From the IMG/VR virus record IMGVR_UViG_3300027983_002388: a stretch of 64,000 nt of DNA; one strand, written 5' to 3'. The translations under genes and the position numbers were made by a program. The DNA is from a virus (lineage: Duplodnaviria > Caudoviricetes). This document shows positions 61,357 through 64,000 of the stretch, piece by piece. How positions within the stretch are numbered: the first letter of the stretch is position 1; every line of letters begins with the position of its first letter. The notes under the pieces are model-generated. The model saw only the letters and a program-made list of their open reading frames with translations. It had not been told where the DNA came from and did not search any database.

Positions 61357-63720
61357 ATGGCGATTCTACAGGGGTTCCCGCCTTCTAACACTATTAGCCC
61401 AAGTGTTAGAATCACTGAGAAAGACTTGAGCTACATTGCTCCTGACCAGTCCTTCCACCGTGCGGGCTTGGTCGGTTTTGCATCTAAGGGTCCGATAAAT
61501 TTACCGACTCTAATTGCAACAAACCGTCAATTGCACGTTACATTTGGCAATCCGCACCCGGACGTTGGCGATCCATTCCTCATTTACGCAGCCGAGCAAT
61601 ATTTGCTTGTTGCCAATGAGCTATTCGTCGTTCGAGTTGCTGATACTGATCCAGTTAGCGACGAGCAGGCATCATCAGCTACGGTTGATGTCCCTGCTGC
61701 CGGTACATTGGTGAAGATTGAATCAGCTTACACCGGGGCTGGCGGGTCATATACGTTTGACGTAGACTCATTCTTCCGTTGGAGACTGAATGGTAATCTA
61801 TCTGCCAAGACACTGGTTGTGTTGGCAGGAACTTACCTAGTTCAAGAAGTTGTTGACGACTTGAATGCACAACTCGACTTTGAGAACGATGGAATTCAGT
61901 TGTACAAGACTGGAACCGGCACAATTGGTGTAAAAACTACTTGGGCATACGGTCCTGACGCTTCATTAGAATTGGTTTCTGTTCAGAATTCCATCTATGG
62001 CAATACCGTTTTGAATGGAAATCCAACTGGACTTGGAACTGGTATGACTCAGGCGACGGTCACTGGCACAACCGCCATGTACCCGAACGTAGGCTATCAG
62101 ACTCCTGGCACCTATGACTTCACAGGTTTGACTGGTCTAAATATTCAAATCGTCTTAGACGGCACAGACAATGTGTTGATCGACGGTATTGTTCAAGTAA
62201 TTGACCTATCTGCTCTCGAAGGCTCCTCAAATGTTATTGCAGACGTTATCACTGCAATCAATGCAGAAAAAATAGAGAATGGTGGAACACTCCCAGGTGG
62301 ATGGACGGCTGTAGCTGTTGGAAACAACGTACAGTTCAACACCAATCACGCTGGAAACGACGCTCGTCTTCGTATTAAGCCAGACAGCACAGCAGAAGCA
62401 TTATTCGGACTCAACACATCCACACACGCTGGCGATAGCCCAGAAGGTGTCACTGGTGCGGTCGGTATCGCAACATACGGTATCGTAACTGGTGCTGTGA
62501 ACAACAGCGGCAGCATCTCGTTCACCATCAATGCTGACAGTCCTGGCATCGAAGGCAATCAGACACAAGTAAGAATCACAAACGACGTTCGTGAAGACCA
62601 CTTCATTATCGAAGTCTTCAATAACGGCGTATCGGTAGAAGCATGGGGCAACTTGACAAAGAACCAGACAAGTCGGTTCTATGTTGAAACCTACATGGCT
62701 TTGGTTTCGGACTTTATCCGAATCAATGACAACACTAGCGAAGGTGCTGGTCCTTTGGACGGTACTTATGGCCTATTAGGTGGATCAGACGGTATTCCTT
62801 CTGATCCAGATGCTCAAGACGCTTTGATTATTGGCAATCAGATTGGCTACACCGGCATGTATACCATGTCCGAGCCAGAACAGATTGACATTGACCTCAT
62901 CGCTGCTCCTGGTCACTCCAGCACTAGCGTTGTAACAGCCCTGTTGGACTTCTGCCAGAACACCCGCATGGACTGCTTGGCGATCATCGATCCTCCATTC
63001 GGTCTGACGGTTGGCGAAATTGTAGCATGGCAAAACGGAACTCACCCATTGAACCTCACACGTTTTGACTCGGACTTCGGTGCTTTGTACTGGCCTTGGG
63101 TTAAGATTCGTGACAACTTCAACCGGGTTGACGTATGGGTGCCACCTAGCGGTTCAATTATGGCAGTTATCGCTCGAAGCGATTTCTTGTCTGCTCCTTG
63201 GTTTGCTCCGGCTGGGGCGAACCGTGGTGTCGTTCCGGCGATCACCGACGTTTACAACCGTCCGACGCTTGCCGAGCGTGACTTGATGTATGGAAACCGT
63301 AACTGCATCAATCCAATCGTTCACTTCAATGATGTTGATGGCTTCTTGGTTTGGGGTCAAAAGACTCTGCAACGCCGACCAACAGCTTTGGATCGTGTTA
63401 ACGTGCGTCGATTGATGTTTTACCTAGAGAAGCGAATTCGCTCTGCGAGCCGTCAGCTTCTATTCGATCCAAACGACGAGACGTTCCAGCGCAAGTTTGT
63501 AAGCATCGCTTCGCAGATTTTGCGTGAGGTTCAGGTAGGTCGGGGCGTTACCGACTTCATCATCAAGGCCGACGCTGAATTGAACACTCCTGATGTAATC
63601 GACCGTAATGAGTTCCGGGCGCAGATTGGCGTACAGCCAACGAGAGCCGCTGAATTCATCTTCATCGAGTTCTCGATTCACAGAACGGGTAGCTTCACAG
63701 AGAACGCAGATACCTTCTAA
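61357..63720 (+). CDS. gp18: contractile tail sheath protein
   Basis: SPSVRITEKD, GFASKGP, YWPWV, VPPSG, WFAPAG..RG, WGQKTL..ALDRVNVRRL, EFIFIEF. Confidence 0.95.
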   Translation: MAILQGFPPSNTISPSVRITEKDLSYIAPDQSFHRAGLVGFASKGPINLPTLIATNRQLHVTFGNPHPDVGDPFLIYAAEQYLLVANELFVVRVADTDPVSDEQASSATVDVPAAGTLVKIESAYTGAGGSYTFDVDSFFRWRLNGNLSAKTLVVLAGTYLVQEVVDDLNAQLDFENDGIQLYKTGTGTIGVKTTWAYGPDASLELVSVQNSIYGNTVLNGNPTGLGTGMTQATVTGTTAMYPNVGYQTPGTYDFTGLTGLNIQIVLDGTDNVLIDGIVQVIDLSALEGSSNVIADVITAINAEKIENGGTLPGGWTAVAVGNNVQFNTNHAGNDARLRIKPDSTAEALFGLNTSTHAGDSPEGVTGAVGIATYGIVTGAVNNSGSISFTINADSPGIEGNQTQVRITNDVREDHFIIEVFNNGVSVEAWGNLTKNQTSRFYVETYMALVSDFIRINDNTSEGAGPLDGTYGLLGGSDGIPSDPDAQDALIIGNQIGYTGMYTMSEPEQIDIDLIAAPGHSSTSVVTALLDFCQNTRMDCLAIIDPPFGLTVGEIVAWQNGTHPLNLTRFDSDFGALYWPWVKIRDNFNRVDVWVPPSGSIMAVIARSDFLSAPWFAPAGANRGVVPAITDVYNRPTLAERDLMYGNRNCINPIVHFNDVDGFLVWGQKTLQRRPTALDRVNVRRLMFYLEKRIRSASRQLLFDPNDETFQRKFVSIASQILREVQVGRGVTDFIIKADAELNTPDVIDRNEFRAQIGVQPTRAAEFIFIEFSIHRTGSFTENADTF

Positions 63721-63761
63721 CAAACTGGCTCATATAGAGAGTAGACCACAAGGAGATAATT

Positions 63762-64000
63762 ATGGCAAGATCAGGTTCGGGACGTGATATGGGATTGGGC
63801 CAATTGGCCGGTCCCGATTTAGTCTTCAAAAGAAAATATAGATGGACATTTGAAGTCCAGCCGTATTGCGGATATGTGATTCCTGCTCACTTCGTAAAGT
63901 TGGCTTCACGGCCTAACCTAACGATTGAAGAGACGGAAATCAACTTCTTGCACGGCAAGATGTGGATTCCAGGAAAGGGTTCTTGGGAAACCATTACTGT
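63762..64000 (+). CDS. gp19: tail tube protein, runs off window edge
   Basis: AAGGAG SD; KRKYRWTF...RPNLTIEETEINFL...IPGKGSWETITV directly after the sheath gene. Confidence 0.88.
   Translation, partial: MARSGSGRDMGLGQLAGPDLVFKRKYRWTFEVQPYCGYVIPAHFVKLASRPNLTIEETEINFLHGKMWIPGKGSWETIT

Noticed and set aside
1-64000. Stop-codon reassignment (TAG or TGA recoding seen in some huge phages)
   Set aside because: Long conserved genes (gp18, GDH, NAMPT, GT) are uninterrupted in the standard code, and all three stop codons end genes at expected positions
1-64000. tRNA, rRNA, group I/II introns, inteins, DGR or retron
   Set aside because: No cloverleaf/T-loop signature, splice-junction motif, reverse transcriptase or template/variable repeat pair recognised by eye; a weak RNA element could be missed

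Overview
64 kb of a T4-like (contractile-tailed) jumbo/huge bacteriophage genome in standard genetic code, with dense genes on both strands; several proteins suggest a Planctomycetota host (inference). The right end is a neck/tail module (gp13-, gp14-, gp15-like, gp18 sheath, start of gp19 tube). The rest is accessory: glycosylation enzymes (GT2/GT9, TPR-GT, epimerase, NTP-sugar transferase, deacetylase), two Dam-like methyltransferases, glutamate dehydrogenase, NAMPT, Nudix, McsA, S8 and trypsin proteases, a phiEco32-type ligase, prim-pol, AAA+ and vWA proteins. Four patterns found by reading the sequence stand out. (1) About 17-19 unrelated ORFs begin with a T4 internal-protein-like capsid-targeting peptide (M-x-x-F-x-[ED/Q/K]-[WFY]...E); some are attached to nuclease, SWIM, HExxH and HTH domains, suggesting a tagged, injected payload set. 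(2) A TA[A/C/T]ATA late-promoter-like box sits 4-5 nt before the ATG of 10 virion/tagged genes, mostly without a Shine-Dalgarno, implying leaderless late mRNAs; one box lies in the loop of a hairpin that hides the ATG. (3) A SAM methyltransferase has an internal 105-bp segment inverted, and flipping it back restores a full ORF. (4) A major-capsid C-terminal mini-gene is frameshifted by a (CA)6 tract, and two other genes carry internal deletions. The lesions in (3) and (4) may be biological or assembly/amplification artefacts. All family assignments are from motif recognition; no database search was run. No tRNA, rRNA, CRISPR array, integrase or reverse transcriptase was seen.
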